A stretch of 63,992 nucleotides of DNA, the filler included, from Basidiobolus ranarum (lineage: Eukaryota): NCBI GenBank assembly GCA_040143965.1. It is 10 parts of 10 records of this genome, joined end to end, with 100 filler letters (N's around TTAATTAATTAA, not from the genome) between each part and the next. Parts side by side here need not be neighbours in the genome. Positions count along the whole stretch, not along the records: positions 1 to 6,374 come from JASJQH010001334.1; positions 6,475 to 12,844 come from JASJQH010001335.1; 8 more parts are not named here. The stretch is one strand, 5' to 3'. Under the pieces are notes generated by a model. The model was not told the DNA's origin. It did no database searches and saw nothing but the letters and a program-made list of their open reading frames with translations. The position numbers and the translations under genes were made by a program. Positions 1 to 11,217 of the stretch are shown in pieces (positions within the stretch are counted from its first letter, which is position 1; every line of letters starts with the position of its first letter).

Positions 1-313
1 GGAGAATTAGAGGAATTGGTGGTTTTCACTTATTAATTTATTGAGTAGAAAGTTGACATTCATAGTTTTGTTAAGATGTAAACAAACTAGCATGTAGAAT
101 ATGTTAAGGAAGGTCCCAGGAAGATGTGTGCAAAGTTTGGGGCTTCTAGTACAAGTTTGAAAAATCTATATATCTGAGAACTTCTAAGTTGGTAAGAATA
201 TTCTAAGTAAATTTTGATTGAGAATACTTGATAATATCTTAGTGAGTTATAAGATAACTAAGTACTAGGTTATATATGACTATATAGGTGCTTAGGCAAT
301 GCTAATTTCAACA
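1..313 (+). mobile_element. LTR-like repeat family A (about 350 bp, TGTTAA...TTCAACA), 5' end cut by window start
   Basis: Near-identical to 60720-61020 and 58027-58191. Ends in GCTAATTTCAACA. TG...CA termini inferred from the other copies. Essentially no CpG. Confidence 0.85.
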
Positions 314-329
314 CCAAGTACTTTAACAA

Positions 330-437
330 ATACTCCTATTTAGAATATAGGGGATTTTAATATGTTGCTTTTTGTTTCTGATATATGTTTGATAACTAAA
401 GTTAACTAATATGTTGAGTAAATATTGATTATCCTAA
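330..437 (-). mobile_element. Fragment of copia LTR family C (5' part)
   Basis: Reverse complement matches 58934-59045 (GATAATTAATC...CATATATCAGAAACA...CTATATTCTAAATAGGA). Confidence 0.6.
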
Positions 438-519
438 AGAATACAAGCCATTGGTTTTGTGATTGTCCTCTAATGGTTGTGTATCAGCTTGATTTTATTT
501 TTGTTGGGGCAATTTATTA

Positions 520-720
520 AACATGAAATGGATGTTAAATAGCTTTGTGAATGGTAAGCTTGCTGAGGCAACCTATATAGACTAGCCAGATGGACTTGTA
601 GACCCAGAAAACCTAAAAAAGTTTGCAGACTTTGGAAAACACTCCATGACTTAAAGCAATCTCCACAAGCATGGAATCATTAGATACTTTTTTGAAAACA
701 CCCAAATTCCACAATAGTAA
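520..720 (+). mobile_element. Ty1/copia reverse transcriptase (RVT_2) remnant
   Basis: Broken frames read HEMDVK..FVNGKL.E..YI.*PDG..DPE...VCRLWKTLH.LKQSPQAWN, the copia RT signature, with stops and frameshifts. Confidence 0.8.
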
Positions 721-779
721 TGTTGACTATAGTAACTAAAGTTGACTAAGATGTTGAATAAAGATTAATTATCTAACAG

Positions 780-1072
780 TTGTCTTACATTTCACCAAGA
801 TATTATTCATTATTTTCAATTGGAATTTAAATAGAATATTCTTAATGACTTAGGAGCTCTGAGATATAGAGAAATTTCAAACTTGTGCTAGAAGCCCAAA
901 ACTTTGCTCACATGTTACTGTGACCTTTCTTAGCACATTCAATATGTTAGTTTGCTAATACCATGAGTAAACTGAAAATATCAACTTTCAACTAAATGGA
1001 TCAATAATTGAAAACTACCAATTTCTCTCATTCTCCAAACCACTTTCAACAGGCTCTCAAATACTTTGACCC
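780..1072 (-). mobile_element. LTR-like repeat family A, diverged inverted copy
   Basis: ATTCTCCAAACCACTTTCAACAGGCTCTCAAATACTTTGAC is the reverse complement of the family A 5' end. Confidence 0.75.
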
Positions 1073-1155
1073 AATCCAATTTTTCAGAGGAGCTAAAAGT
1101 TCCAGAAATTTGAGATGTAGACATTCCAGAGAGTGCAAGCTTTGGGCTCATAGCT

Positions 1156-1485
1156 AGTTAAAGTATTTTGGGAGTTTGTTAGAAGTGGCTTGGGCAACTA
1201 GAAGAACTGGTGGTTTTAACTTGTTGATTCATTGAGTAGAGAGATTTGACATCTATAGTTTTGACATGAGGTAAACAAACAAATGTGTTGAATGTGTCAA
1301 GAAAAGGCCCCCAAATTATGTGGGCATAGTTTGGGGCTTCTGGCACAACTTTGAAAAACTCATATAACCAAGAACTACCAAGTTGGTAAAAATATTCTAA
1401 GTTAATTTCTCTTGAGAATAATGAGTGAAATCTTAGTGAAATATAGAATGACTAAATAGGTGTTTAGACTATGTAAATTTCAACA
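1156..1485 (+). mobile_element. LTR-like repeat family A, diverged full-length copy
   Basis: Runs from AGTTAAAGTATT to AAATTTCAACA and is colinear with 60685-61020. Confidence 0.75.
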
Positions 1486-2155
1486 GAAAATGATAAGTAT
1501 ATATACATTACCAAAATCAAACTCTCATGCTAACATATTTGCTACTGACATTGTATTATGTGGCATCTTTCTTGGATATTGTACCAGATCAGGACCAATA
1601 ATAGTACAAGTCCAAATTCTTTCATTTCCATATTGCAATTTGTTAACTATATGATTATTCATCCTAAAATATGTAGTTTCTTTGGGGAATTTGACATTGT
1701 TGTCACTACAGATAGAATTACTATTTAGGTGATTAATTTGGATTTTAGAACAGTGAGTATATTGGATATTTCATGTCAGTTAATATCCAACTTCAAGGGG
1801 GAATATTTTTATTACAATGGTAACATTAAGTATAGCTAGTATACACATTACCAATTGAAGATTTTTTTGTAATTGACCGAAATGAAATGAAGAACAAAAA
1901 AGTCAACAAATAATATACAGGGAATCGTGGGAGGAGAAGAAGGGTTGGGATGAATCTAAGCATCTACTAAGCAAAAATCTATGAAGGTATATCAAAATGA
2001 AGGCAAATGACAATGCAAGGAATTGGGGAATTATTAAAAGAGAACAATGCGTGACGGGGGATGATAATAGGAATGGAATGGAATGGGATGGGTGGGGATG
2101 GGGATGGAAGTTGATATCGTACGTATTCAATGTTGTTGCTCTGAGCTAATTAATA

Positions 2156-3112
2156 TTAGTTCGATCGAACATCTCGATTACACCCTTGCCACCCAGAATT
2201 CAGTTGCATTAGCGTCATAACAGCATCCATAGGGTAATCTGGTGCACACGATGCTGATTCACTTTTGAGAGGAGTTGGTCCAGCATTCTTCGCTAGCGCA
2301 GGAGCACTGAGAGAGGGATTAGTCGGGGAATGGGTGGTGGGATTGGGGGAAATCGCATACTTGAATGCGGCCGCATTATTGGGGAGTGGCAATATGGGGC
2401 CCATCAAAGAAATCCCATTCAAGGTGGAAGTGTTGGTAACATTAGGCAAGTTGGGGCTGTGGTTACCAGCCATATGACCATTCATATTGATCAGTCTCAT
2501 CGGATTCATGCCATTGCCTGGAAAAGACAATGGGATGGAGATAGGCACTCCCATGTTGCTGTACTGAGAAGGATTGATATATCCATGGCCTGGAGAATCA
2601 TGCATATGCACTAACCCTGTCAGAGGGGCAGAAGGGAGAGACACTTGACCGTTCATCATGATATGATTACTATCAAGGGTGGATGTCCCAGATACCATAA
2701 GCTTACGGCGTTCCTTCTCTTTACGCTTCTGCTGACGCTTCTTGAACTCTTCTTCAACCCAACGGGTTTTATGGTCACTAGGTCCGGGGCCGAATAACTT
2801 GTTCGCGCGCTTGTTGACACGACAGCGAAGATCATTATCTTTGTCTTTAGGATAAACGAGAAAATAGGTATCTAGTTAGATCTTATGCTCGAGGAAAATA
2901 AGAGTAGCGAGAAAAGAGGTCGGTCTCTATAGTTGAATGGGAAACTTACTCCTCTCTTCGTTCTGCTGTCTCCATTTTTTCTTCCGTTCACGGTTTTCGG
3001 CTCGCATCTTTTCAAGCAAAGCTTCGTCCATTACCTTGGATACCTTTGCATCATTGCAACTGTTAGGCGATGCGGGTGAGTTTTCTTCAACCTTGACCTG
3101 GATAGGGGTCAT
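2156..3112 (-). CDS. DUF3020-family fungal protein (about 283 aa; exons 3112-2950 and 2844-2156)
   Basis: The GT-AG intron 2949-2845 joins two ORFs to give RAENRERKKKWRQQNEERNKDNDLRCRVNKRANKLFG, the DUF3020 signature. Low-complexity N/P/M-rich C-terminus. Confidence 0.85.
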
Positions 3113-3921
3113 ATCCTAAACCTAATAACCCTGTGACTGTCCCCCTCTAAAGTAAAGAGGAAAAGAAAAGGAAAAGAGACGGTCCTTTAGTGACTGTCGG
3201 GTAGTTTTGTTGTCGGAACTCAGGCTTGATGAAAAAAAATGGTGGTTCCAATTGTGCTGGATTTCATTTGATAGTACATATCAAATTAACAGTAAACCTG
3301 GGCAATAACCGATTCCCAAAAGTAACATGTTCTTTTAATTTGTGATGCCATTATTTCCATTCAACCAATTATACTCGATGAAGTGTTTCTTTCATGCCTT
3401 CTTATTTGATAAAAAAATAACGAAAATTTTGTTTGCAATCATTACTAATTATAGACTTATCGTTAAATAATGGTAATTAGTAGATTCAATAGGGTGTGCT
3501 GTACCAATGGTTGGCTCAATATTATCGATATTCATGTAGGTCATACCAAATTATTCGAGTTCCACCATGACCTTCTTTTCCTCTGAATAAACCACCATGA
3601 ATATATTCCCTTAAAAGCCCTATATTTCACTACTGCAGTCAAGCCTATTTAGCAGCACTTGATTGGATGGCCAACTCCAGATCAGTAGCTGAAAATCCAC
3701 TCGATGGATAGGAGCATTGAAGGATGATTTTAGGGTGGCTTATTGCATTTATTTACGCCCATTATTTCATGGTTGCCTGCTCTAGATTTTAAAACCAAGC
3801 TATATGTGTAGATACAGAACGAAGTGACTTTACTACAACCATATTCTAAACAAGCATGTGTTCTCTATATTATATCTTACATTAGTAGAAGGAAGTAGGT
3901 GTGGTTGTACAAGGTATGCGG

Positions 3922-4191
3922 TTAAAACCAGGAGTCAGTCTCAGCGTCATCTTTGATGAAGAAGTTGTAGTATTTTTCATATTCCTCCCAGAATTCTGCC
4001 TGTTCAATATCTTCATCACAGTCTTCTTGGCAACTGTAGTGATTACTTTCGAAAATTTCACTCAAACTTTCCTGCTCCAAGCTTTCGGTTTGAACAGTCA
4101 AGTCTTGTAATACGGTTATTGGTCTTGACATGCTTAAGGCAACGAAACAAGTGAAAACAGTCAAGAAGAAGTATCTCTTAGCAAAGTGCAT
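3922..4191 (-). CDS. Small secreted acidic protein (89 aa), unknown function
   Basis: ATG start, signal-peptide-like N-terminus (MHFAKRYFFLTVFTCFVALSMS-RP), highly acidic mature part. Confidence 0.55.
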   Translation of the reverse strand: MHFAKRYFFLTVFTCFVALSMSRPITVLQDLTVQTESLEQESLSEIFESNHYSCQEDCDEDIEQAEFWEEYEKYYNFFIKDDAETDSWF

Positions 4192-4875
4192 GATAGAAAT
4201 ATTTAGATATGTCCAATGAAACAGGGGAAAAACTATACAATAATGCTTCTAAGAGGCGGTTCTCGTTGAGAGGGTCAGAAGACATGGTGCTATTAAATAG
4301 AGCAATAACTCCTATTACAAACTCCTACCTACTGCTGTAGAGTGAGGGGATGAGGAGAGAAAGGAACTATTTCGGTGGGTTAAGGCAAAGGCAACAGGTT
4401 GGGGAAGTATAGAAGCAGGGTGGCTTGCTTCAACAGTTTCCCCTGCCTACCCTTTGATACCTCAAATATCTAGGGGTTCTCTGAGCTTATATATCCAACA
4501 TATTCACATGCAGGTTATGAATAGACCAGCATTTACTTGGTGTCCATTAGACTGTGCTTAGTGGAATGTACCAAAATCCAAATTTGATGACGTGACCAGT
4601 TTAGATGGCATTGTACATGTCATGATTGGACCTTATGTGCCCATTCGAATTAGATGTCACAACTAGTGTTTCTTTCTTATAATTGGAAAATCGATGATGA
4701 GTCGAGGTCGGATCCTCAAGTGGATCCCGATCAAAACAATCACTGAACGCAAAAAAAAACGACGAAAACATGTTCCAAGTATAAACAATGAACAATCTTA
4801 GAAAAGTATTGCAGCCACTACTTTCAGAACTCACCCTTCTAACACTGCTAACCTTCTGGCTTTAACCTTAACACT

Positions 4876-5610
4876 ATGAGAGAAATCGTACATCTTCAAA
4901 CTGGTCAGTGTGGTAACCAAATCGGTAACAAGTTCTGGGAGACTATCTCCTCTGAACATGGTATTGACGGTACTGGTAGCTACGAAGGTGACAATGACTT
5001 GCAACTTGAGAAAATCAACGTTTACTATAACGAAGCTGGTTCCGGCAAGTATGTTCCCCGTGCAGTGTTGGTTGATTTAGAACCTGGAACCATGGATACC
5101 ACCCGTGCCAGTGGTATTGGTGCTCTTTTCCGCCCCGATAACTTCATTTACGGTCAAAGTGGTGCTGGTAACAATTGGGCCAAGGGTCATTACACCGAAG
5201 GTGCTGAGCTTGTTGACAGTGTTATGGATGTTGTTCGTAAGGAAGCTGAAAACTGCGACTGTCTTCAAGGTTTCCAGATCACTCACTCCCTTGGTGGTGG
5301 TACTGGTTCCGGTATGGGAACTCTTCTCATCTCCAAGATCCGCGAAGAATACCCTGATCGTATGATGTGCACCTACTCTGTTATGCCTTCCCCCAAGGTT
5401 TCTGACACTGTTGTTGAACCTTATAACGCTACCCTCTCCGTTCATCAACTTGTTGAAAACTCTGACCTCACTTTCTGTATCGATAACGAAGCTCTTTACG
5501 ATATTTGCTTCCGTACCTTGAAACTCACAAACCCCACCTATGGTGATCTTAACCATTTGGTTTCACCTAATATGCATAAACTGTCATGCAGAATTCTGTC
5601 AAATGCATGA
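4876..5610 (+). pseudogene. TUB2: Beta-tubulin, intronless, homology ends at codon 230 (3'-truncated)
   Basis: [26 protein letters not shown] and YGDLNHLVS are present. After 5565 the frame reads unrelated [14 protein letters not shown] instead of the conserved AxMSGxTT..RFPGQLN. Confidence 0.8.
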
Positions 5611-5939
5611 TATAAGGTAAAACTTTTGGTACTAGACTTGAGTGCTATTGCCAAACTCTGAAACATGTCTGACAGACTAGTCAGAGCTATTGCTATGATA
5701 TCCTGATTAATAGCATTTATGCCAAAGCATTTGAATTCATCCATGAAATTATGGCTTTGTTTAGTAGTGACATTAGCCCTAACAAAAAATAAAATAAATA
5801 CAATCTAAATTGAATCCACCCTTCTGGTTCACAAAGCCATCAGAGGACCATCACAGTATTGGCAGGTTGCATTCTGATGGTGAGATGGTTGCTTCTTGAT
5901 GGTATTATGACAGTAGTCATACATGGTAAAATATTAATT

Positions 5940-6150
5940 CTGATATTTGGCATGCATTGTTTAATTTCTGGCAATTTTTGTGAAAACTAATTTTCAAATG
6001 ACAAAATACTTGGTTTACTGCTATAGGAATTCAATTTGATATGCATGCCTTTATTTAGCTACTTTGGGTTTTGTATTCTAGCCATAATGAGAATCAAAAA
6101 GTACATGAATCTTGTTGGGCTTAGTCTCTACATATGCACATACTTGACTG
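5940..6150. repeat. Interspersed CpG-depleted repeat (family D)
   Basis: Inverted homology to 7448-7660 on another contig (TTAGTCTCTACATATGCA vs TGCATATGTAGAGACTAA). Confidence 0.65.
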
Positions 6151-6374
6151 TGTTGAAATTGGCTTTGTCTAAATATCTATATAGTCACAGATAGCTTAGT
6201 ACTTAGTTATCTTATAACTGACTAAGATGTTATCCATTATTCTCAATTGGTATTTACTGAGAATATTTTTACCAACTTGGAAGTTCTCAGATATATAGAT
6301 TTTTTAAACTTGTGCTGGAAGCCCCAAACTTTGCACACATGTTCTTGGGACCTTCCTTAACACATTCTACATGT
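6151..6374 (-). mobile_element. LTR-like repeat family A, inverted, cut by contig end
   Basis: Begins TGTTGAAATT (reverse complement of the family A 3' end) and is colinear with 1-313. Confidence 0.8.
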
Positions 6375-6474
6375 NNNNNNNNNNNNNNNNNNNNNNNNNN
6401 NNNNNNNNNNNNNNNNNNTTAATTAATTAANNNNNNNNNNNNNNNNNNNNNNNNNNNNNNNNNNNNNNNNNNNN
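6375..6474. other. Artificial contig linker N44-TTAATTAATTAA-N44 (also 12845-12944, 19306-19405, 25761-25860, 32202-32301, 38637-38736, 45069-45168, 51499-51598, 57927-58026)
   Basis: Identical 100-bp spacers with stops in all six frames. Intervening contigs are 6370, 6361, 6355, 6341, 6335, 6332, 6330 and 6328 bp, i.e. size-sorted. Confidence 0.98.
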
Positions 6475-6737
6475 TGACAAATTAGCATTCAAGGGATAAT
6501 TGTGTAAAATTTGAGATATATTTTTTGCACATGTGTAGATCCATAGTTCTCTGAGATTGTAGCCAATCATGTGCAACTATTTTGCAAGATCTTGAAATTT
6601 CACTCCTGAAACTAAAAAATTGATTAAAATCAAGTCTAACTTGATGATTTTATGACATTAAGTAAACAGTCAATCCCAAATGGATTAAAATTTTGATGGT
6701 TTTCCTACAATAACAATCCTTAAATTTCTGTCAGGGA
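6475..6737. repeat. Interspersed repeat family B (possible LTR)
   Basis: Inverted match to 63033-63295, whose copy ends AATTTGTCA. CpG-free. Confidence 0.75.
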
Positions 6738-7447
6738 GCAATAGTGCCAGATTGTGCTCTATATATCATATTGGATACAGTTTTCTAAAATTTATGCATC
6801 ACAATTTGGCATCATCTGGCACCCTCTGTCATGATTAATTTCAATCACAACTTATTTGATATATTGAGCCCAGGTCTGATAAATCCTGGCCCAATAGAAC
6901 AAGTATGCTAATCTGATTAACAATGTATTAGCAAAATCAGTGATGGATGTAATGCAATGGGTTCAGCAGACTCCAGAGAATATTAACCTTCAAACAAAGG
7001 GCTCTTTCCACTGTGATCATGGGTTTTCACATTGTTTGAGCACAATAACAGCAACAAAACCCAATCCATGGACTCAGAGTAAGTACCTCTATGATTGGAC
7101 TAATTTTTGTGTGATAATTTGACGGTCTTTCTAGTAAAGCTGCCAGACAGACTTCTTTGTGAGATATATCAGGACATGCAATATTATGGTTACAGCCATG
7201 TGGTAAGCTATTAAAGAATGACACTGCTTCTTGTGACAGGAAATATGTTGATTGCAAGTAAGGGATATTTTGGCTGAATTCTTTATAGATATTTGCCAAA
7301 ATCCCAGAGATTATTCTCATTCTCAATGATGACAAGAGTTAGATATTTGCAAAGTGTCAGTGCTATTCTAAATTCCAGATGTATAGCAACTTTTCCCCCA
7401 TTATTTTGCTGGCAAAGCATATTGATGTTGTTGAGTTATGTCCTATT

Positions 7448-7660
7448 GGTCAAGTATATGCATATGTAGAGACTAAACACAACAAGATTCTTGTATATCC
7501 GATTCTCATTATGGCTGGAATAAAAAGCCTAAATATCTAAATAATAGCTGGCATATTAATTCAAGTTCCTATAGCACAAAACCCAGTAACTTGCCATTTG
7601 AAAATTGGTTTTTTCCAAAAATTGTAGGAAAATTGAATAATGCATTCTAAAAACTAAGGA
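7448..7660. repeat. Interspersed repeat family D
   Basis: Inverted homology to 5940-6150. Confidence 0.65.
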
Positions 7661-7789
7661 ACAATATAAATATTAATAGTATGCCAAGAATGTTTGATAG
7701 ATTTGAAGAACATAAAATAGATTGAACTTGGAAATGTAGTTATCATAAATGATGAGCATGTCCATATCTGCTCATTCTTTGACTACCAA

Positions 7790-8170
7790 CAGGAATTCTC
7801 AAGCAAGATATATATTAATTTTGGAGCCTTTCAACAATTTGTAAATGGAAAATGTTGTTTTGTGGATTAAGAAGATATCCTAATTAGCTAGGTTTTTGCA
7901 AGAGATGACCATGCATTGTAAGACATTCAAATGAGAACAATTCAAGTTAACATAACTGGTGCTTCAGAAGAGAGAGTATGGCTTTTAATGATGATATATA
8001 TGTTCCAGATAATGCCAATAACTTAATTTCTGTTGGTATGGCCACCTCAGAAGGACTAAAGTTAAGTTTTGGTAGATTTGGTTGCATCATCATTGATCAA
8101 AATGGTAATTATTTTCTTTGTGAGAAAAGAGTCAGAACTTATACAAACTTGTGTATACTTCAAGTGGTTT
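7790..8170 (+). mobile_element. Ty1/copia protease/pol beta-barrel remnant
   Basis: Colinear with 58640-58930. Includes YVPDNANNLISVG (copia VLYVP..NLLSV motif). Confidence 0.7.
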
Positions 8171-8179
8171 AAATCACAT

Positions 8180-8535
8180 TTACTTGGGAGCCTGCTGGAA
8201 GTGGCTTTAGGAACTAGAGAAATTAGTAATATTCACTTATTGATTTACTGAGAAAAAGGTTGATCTTTATAGTTTTCTCAAGGTGTGAACAAACTTACCT
8301 GTAGAATGTGTCAAAGTATTTTGGGAGCATATTGGATATGATTTGGAGAATTAGAGAAATTGTTGGTTATTACTTACTGATTTACTAAGCTGAAAGTTGA
8401 CATTTATAGTTTTATAAAGATGTAAGCAAACTAACATGTAGAATGTGTCAAGAAAGAGCCCAGGAATATGTGTGCAAAGTTTGGGGCTTCTAGCACAAGT
8501 TTGAAGCATCTACATATCTGACAACTTTTAAGTTA
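8180..8535 (+). mobile_element. Two nested or tandem partial copies of LTR-like repeat family A
   Basis: First copy GGGAGCCTGCTGGAAGTGG... from about 8180; second start TGTCAAAGTATT at 8309. Confidence 0.7.
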
Positions 8536-10250
8536 AAAGCCACTATAACTTGGTAGAAAGCCATATATATATATATGCTTTCTTCTGTTTTTATCATAAT
8601 TTGTACTTATGTGCTTATTTTGTGATTCAATTCCTAAAGATTAATTTTCCATCATTTGCGATATTGAGTGAAGAGGGAGATTTTCATCTCGGTTTATAAT
8701 TCCTAAAAATGAAGCATAATAACTTGATGAATACCAAATCGAATGTTTTCCTTGTTTTATACTTCAGTCACCATATAATAGAAGAGTGAGGCTTACCATC
8801 AGCTCTATCGTATACATAAATAAATTCCCTTATTACCTATATCTCTTGACTCCTGCAGTTTACGCGTCGAATAATTTTTATTTCTTTATTCGATATGCGG
8901 GTAAATTCTTAGCATGTTGAGGTTAATCGTATCCATCACTTCACACGAATTGCCATCCTATGTTCAGTGTAACTCTCCACATAATATGAGGTGAAGATGT
9001 GGACAGGCCGAAGGAAAAAGGGAATACAAACGAATTGGTATTTTATACTCATGACCACAGAGCAACGTTGTAAAAATCTACTTAAAAGTCAATACGTGTG
9101 TTCCTGACGCTGCTGGTTAAAACAAATCACATCTGCCCAATTTCGATCAGTTTGACCAAATACTGCATCTATAAAACTAGCGGGCGAGTTTAAGAAGTAT
9201 CGGATTCCAATAGGAGTAGAGCTATAATTTTCGGTTCTACTTATGTGATCTGACATGAGCTAGACTAAATCAGAAATGTGATCGAGTGAAGTAGAACATC
9301 TTTTCTTTTTATAGTAATCCTATACAAGTACTTTGAGATTCATCTGACTCACAGTAAACATAGTAGATCTATGATTATTTTAGTAACATCTCTTGGCATG
9401 AAAATTACCGACTTGTATTGATATTAAGGTATTTCACTAATATTACTCACGCCACTAAAGCCACTCTAATTGGAAAGAATGCGCCTGTCTTGCAATTATC
9501 CTGCTAACTTTCCTAAATGTAAGTTTCTGAATGCCAAAGTTTCGTCCTTTATTGATAAATAAAGCAAAAGCTCTACGTGGATTCCTAGTATTTTTGGCCC
9601 ATCAATTCTACTAGGCTTTGTGTTGTGGTATGTCGAGCAACGGCATCCCTATAAGCAATATAGCCCTTCTTCCTTAATGGTCCTGAACAGCTTTATCTTA
9701 TCGATAACCACGTCCGAGTAGTTGCTATCCCTCTTTTTGACATGACAATCTTCCCAACCTTGAGTAGAATGGGATGTCACCTTCATTCTATCCCACATAT
9801 TACCGTTCTATCGTTACTACTCTAGTCTTTTATCTCGTTATTTATCTTCACTTTCAAGTACATAGTACTGGGCACTATAGTTTCGCCCACTTCAGTGATT
9901 TGCTTGCACAACAAGATCCAGTTAAAAATATCTGCATCTGGTTGCAAAGCATTCTAATCATTCACTATATGAATATTCAGTAAACGATCGTAAAATTGAT
10001 ATATACATATATATAGCAAGTTTTATCCGGTCGTACTGTCTATATTAAGATTTTAGGTATATTTAGATATAGTAAATTTCCCAAATCTGATGATCAGATA
10101 ATAATCGGTATTGGACTTTCCGCTTCCCGGTTGTATATATATATGCAATAGTATTTAAAATTGACATCATTTTCAATTCCAAGATTCAAATACACATCTT
10201 TGAGCGGGAGATTTACTACCTTAATTATCTTATATAGTATTATATGAATT

Positions 10251-10374
10251 GGTCAGCCTCTTCGAGACCTCTGACGCGTCTTAAATTGGAATGATACATA
10301 GAAGAGTAGTTTGTCCCCTGCACAAGGATGACACGTAAAGTGTAGAGTGGACACCTCTCCAGAGGGTATTTTTT
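10251..10374 (+). ncRNA. U6 snRNA-like gene (divergent variant or pseudogene)
   Basis: 10283-10335 matches the conserved U6 core at 47/53 nt, including CCCCTGCACAAGGATGACACG. Has a 5' stem-loop (GTCAG...CTGAC), upstream TATA-like tract (10231-10244) and T6 terminator (10369-10374). Confidence 0.85.
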
Positions 10375-11110
10375 ATGGTTTCTTGACGTGTTGCTTGCCC
10401 TCTTAGCTAGATAAAAGACTCAACTATCGAACACATTTCGCAAGATCGGAAAGACACAAGTATTGTCTACAATGCAATAGTGATTCAATCTTAACTAGCT
10501 TAAAATATCTTGAATCTAGTTACAATCTGAATAACAGTTTGGTTAAATCCGAATTAGCATCAGATATATCTATTTTACTGTGTACGTGCCTATATATATA
10601 TGCTATTATATAAAACATCAGATAGTAAAGCAGAAATATCACCTAACGCATTAGATAGTCCTATTTTATTAAAAAGTGGGGAAGGTTTGCAGGATTTGCT
10701 TGGTAACAAAGCAGTATTGCTAAAATGACCATACATATTAGGAGAACATATAACCTATTAAATATCAAATAAGGATACTTGGTAGAATGGATTTTGTTTT
10801 TCATCGGTGGTGGGTGCTTTTGGTTTATCTGACATCGAACTCCGTCTACGTAACTAGAATATTCCTCATTCTTTACGAAGTTCTAATCTGATCAAATTAA
10901 CGCAAATCACCTGACTACAACGAGTGTCTAGCTACCCAAGCTTATCACTATTATGGGATTTACCCGGGATTTACTCATATGATACAACTGTCGATAATGG
11001 CCAGTTGAGCAAATGGTTATGGTGTGTATCGGAGGGGTGTGTATCAGTTTTCTTATCATTATGAATATAGCCAAACGTTTTAACTATCTTTATAGTCAGA
11101 AAACTACAAT

Positions 11111-11217
11111 TTAACCATCAGAAGAGTAAGCATCTCTACTACCCAACTTAACTATCAGAAGAGTAGACATCCTTACTACCCAACTTAGCCATCAGAAGAG
11201 CATATATTCCTACTACC
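11111..11217. repeat. 37-bp tandem repeat, about 2.9 copies
   Basis: Units TTAACCATCAGAAGAGTAAGCATCTCTACTACCCAAC / TTAACTATCAGAAGAGTAGACATCCTTACTACCCAAC / TTAGCCATCAGAAGAGCATATATTCCTACTACC. Confidence 0.85.

Noticed and set aside
2070-2110. GGAAT/GGGAT pentamer run (similar at 13450-13480 and 22560-22600)
   Set aside because: Short low-complexity tracts with no evidence of function.
5077-5556. Long antisense and alternate-frame ORFs over tubulin, NOG1, CBF5, RECQL4 and others
   Set aside because: Shadow ORFs caused by codon bias of the real genes.
6375-6474. Regularly spaced (about 6.4 kb) palindromic TTAATTAATTAA motifs
   Set aside because: Artificial contig-joining linkers. The periodicity reflects size-sorted contigs, and cross-linker gene neighbourhoods are meaningless.
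11111-11217. CRISPR-like array (37-bp period)
   Set aside because: Head-to-tail repeats with no unique spacers, eukaryotic context and no cas genes.
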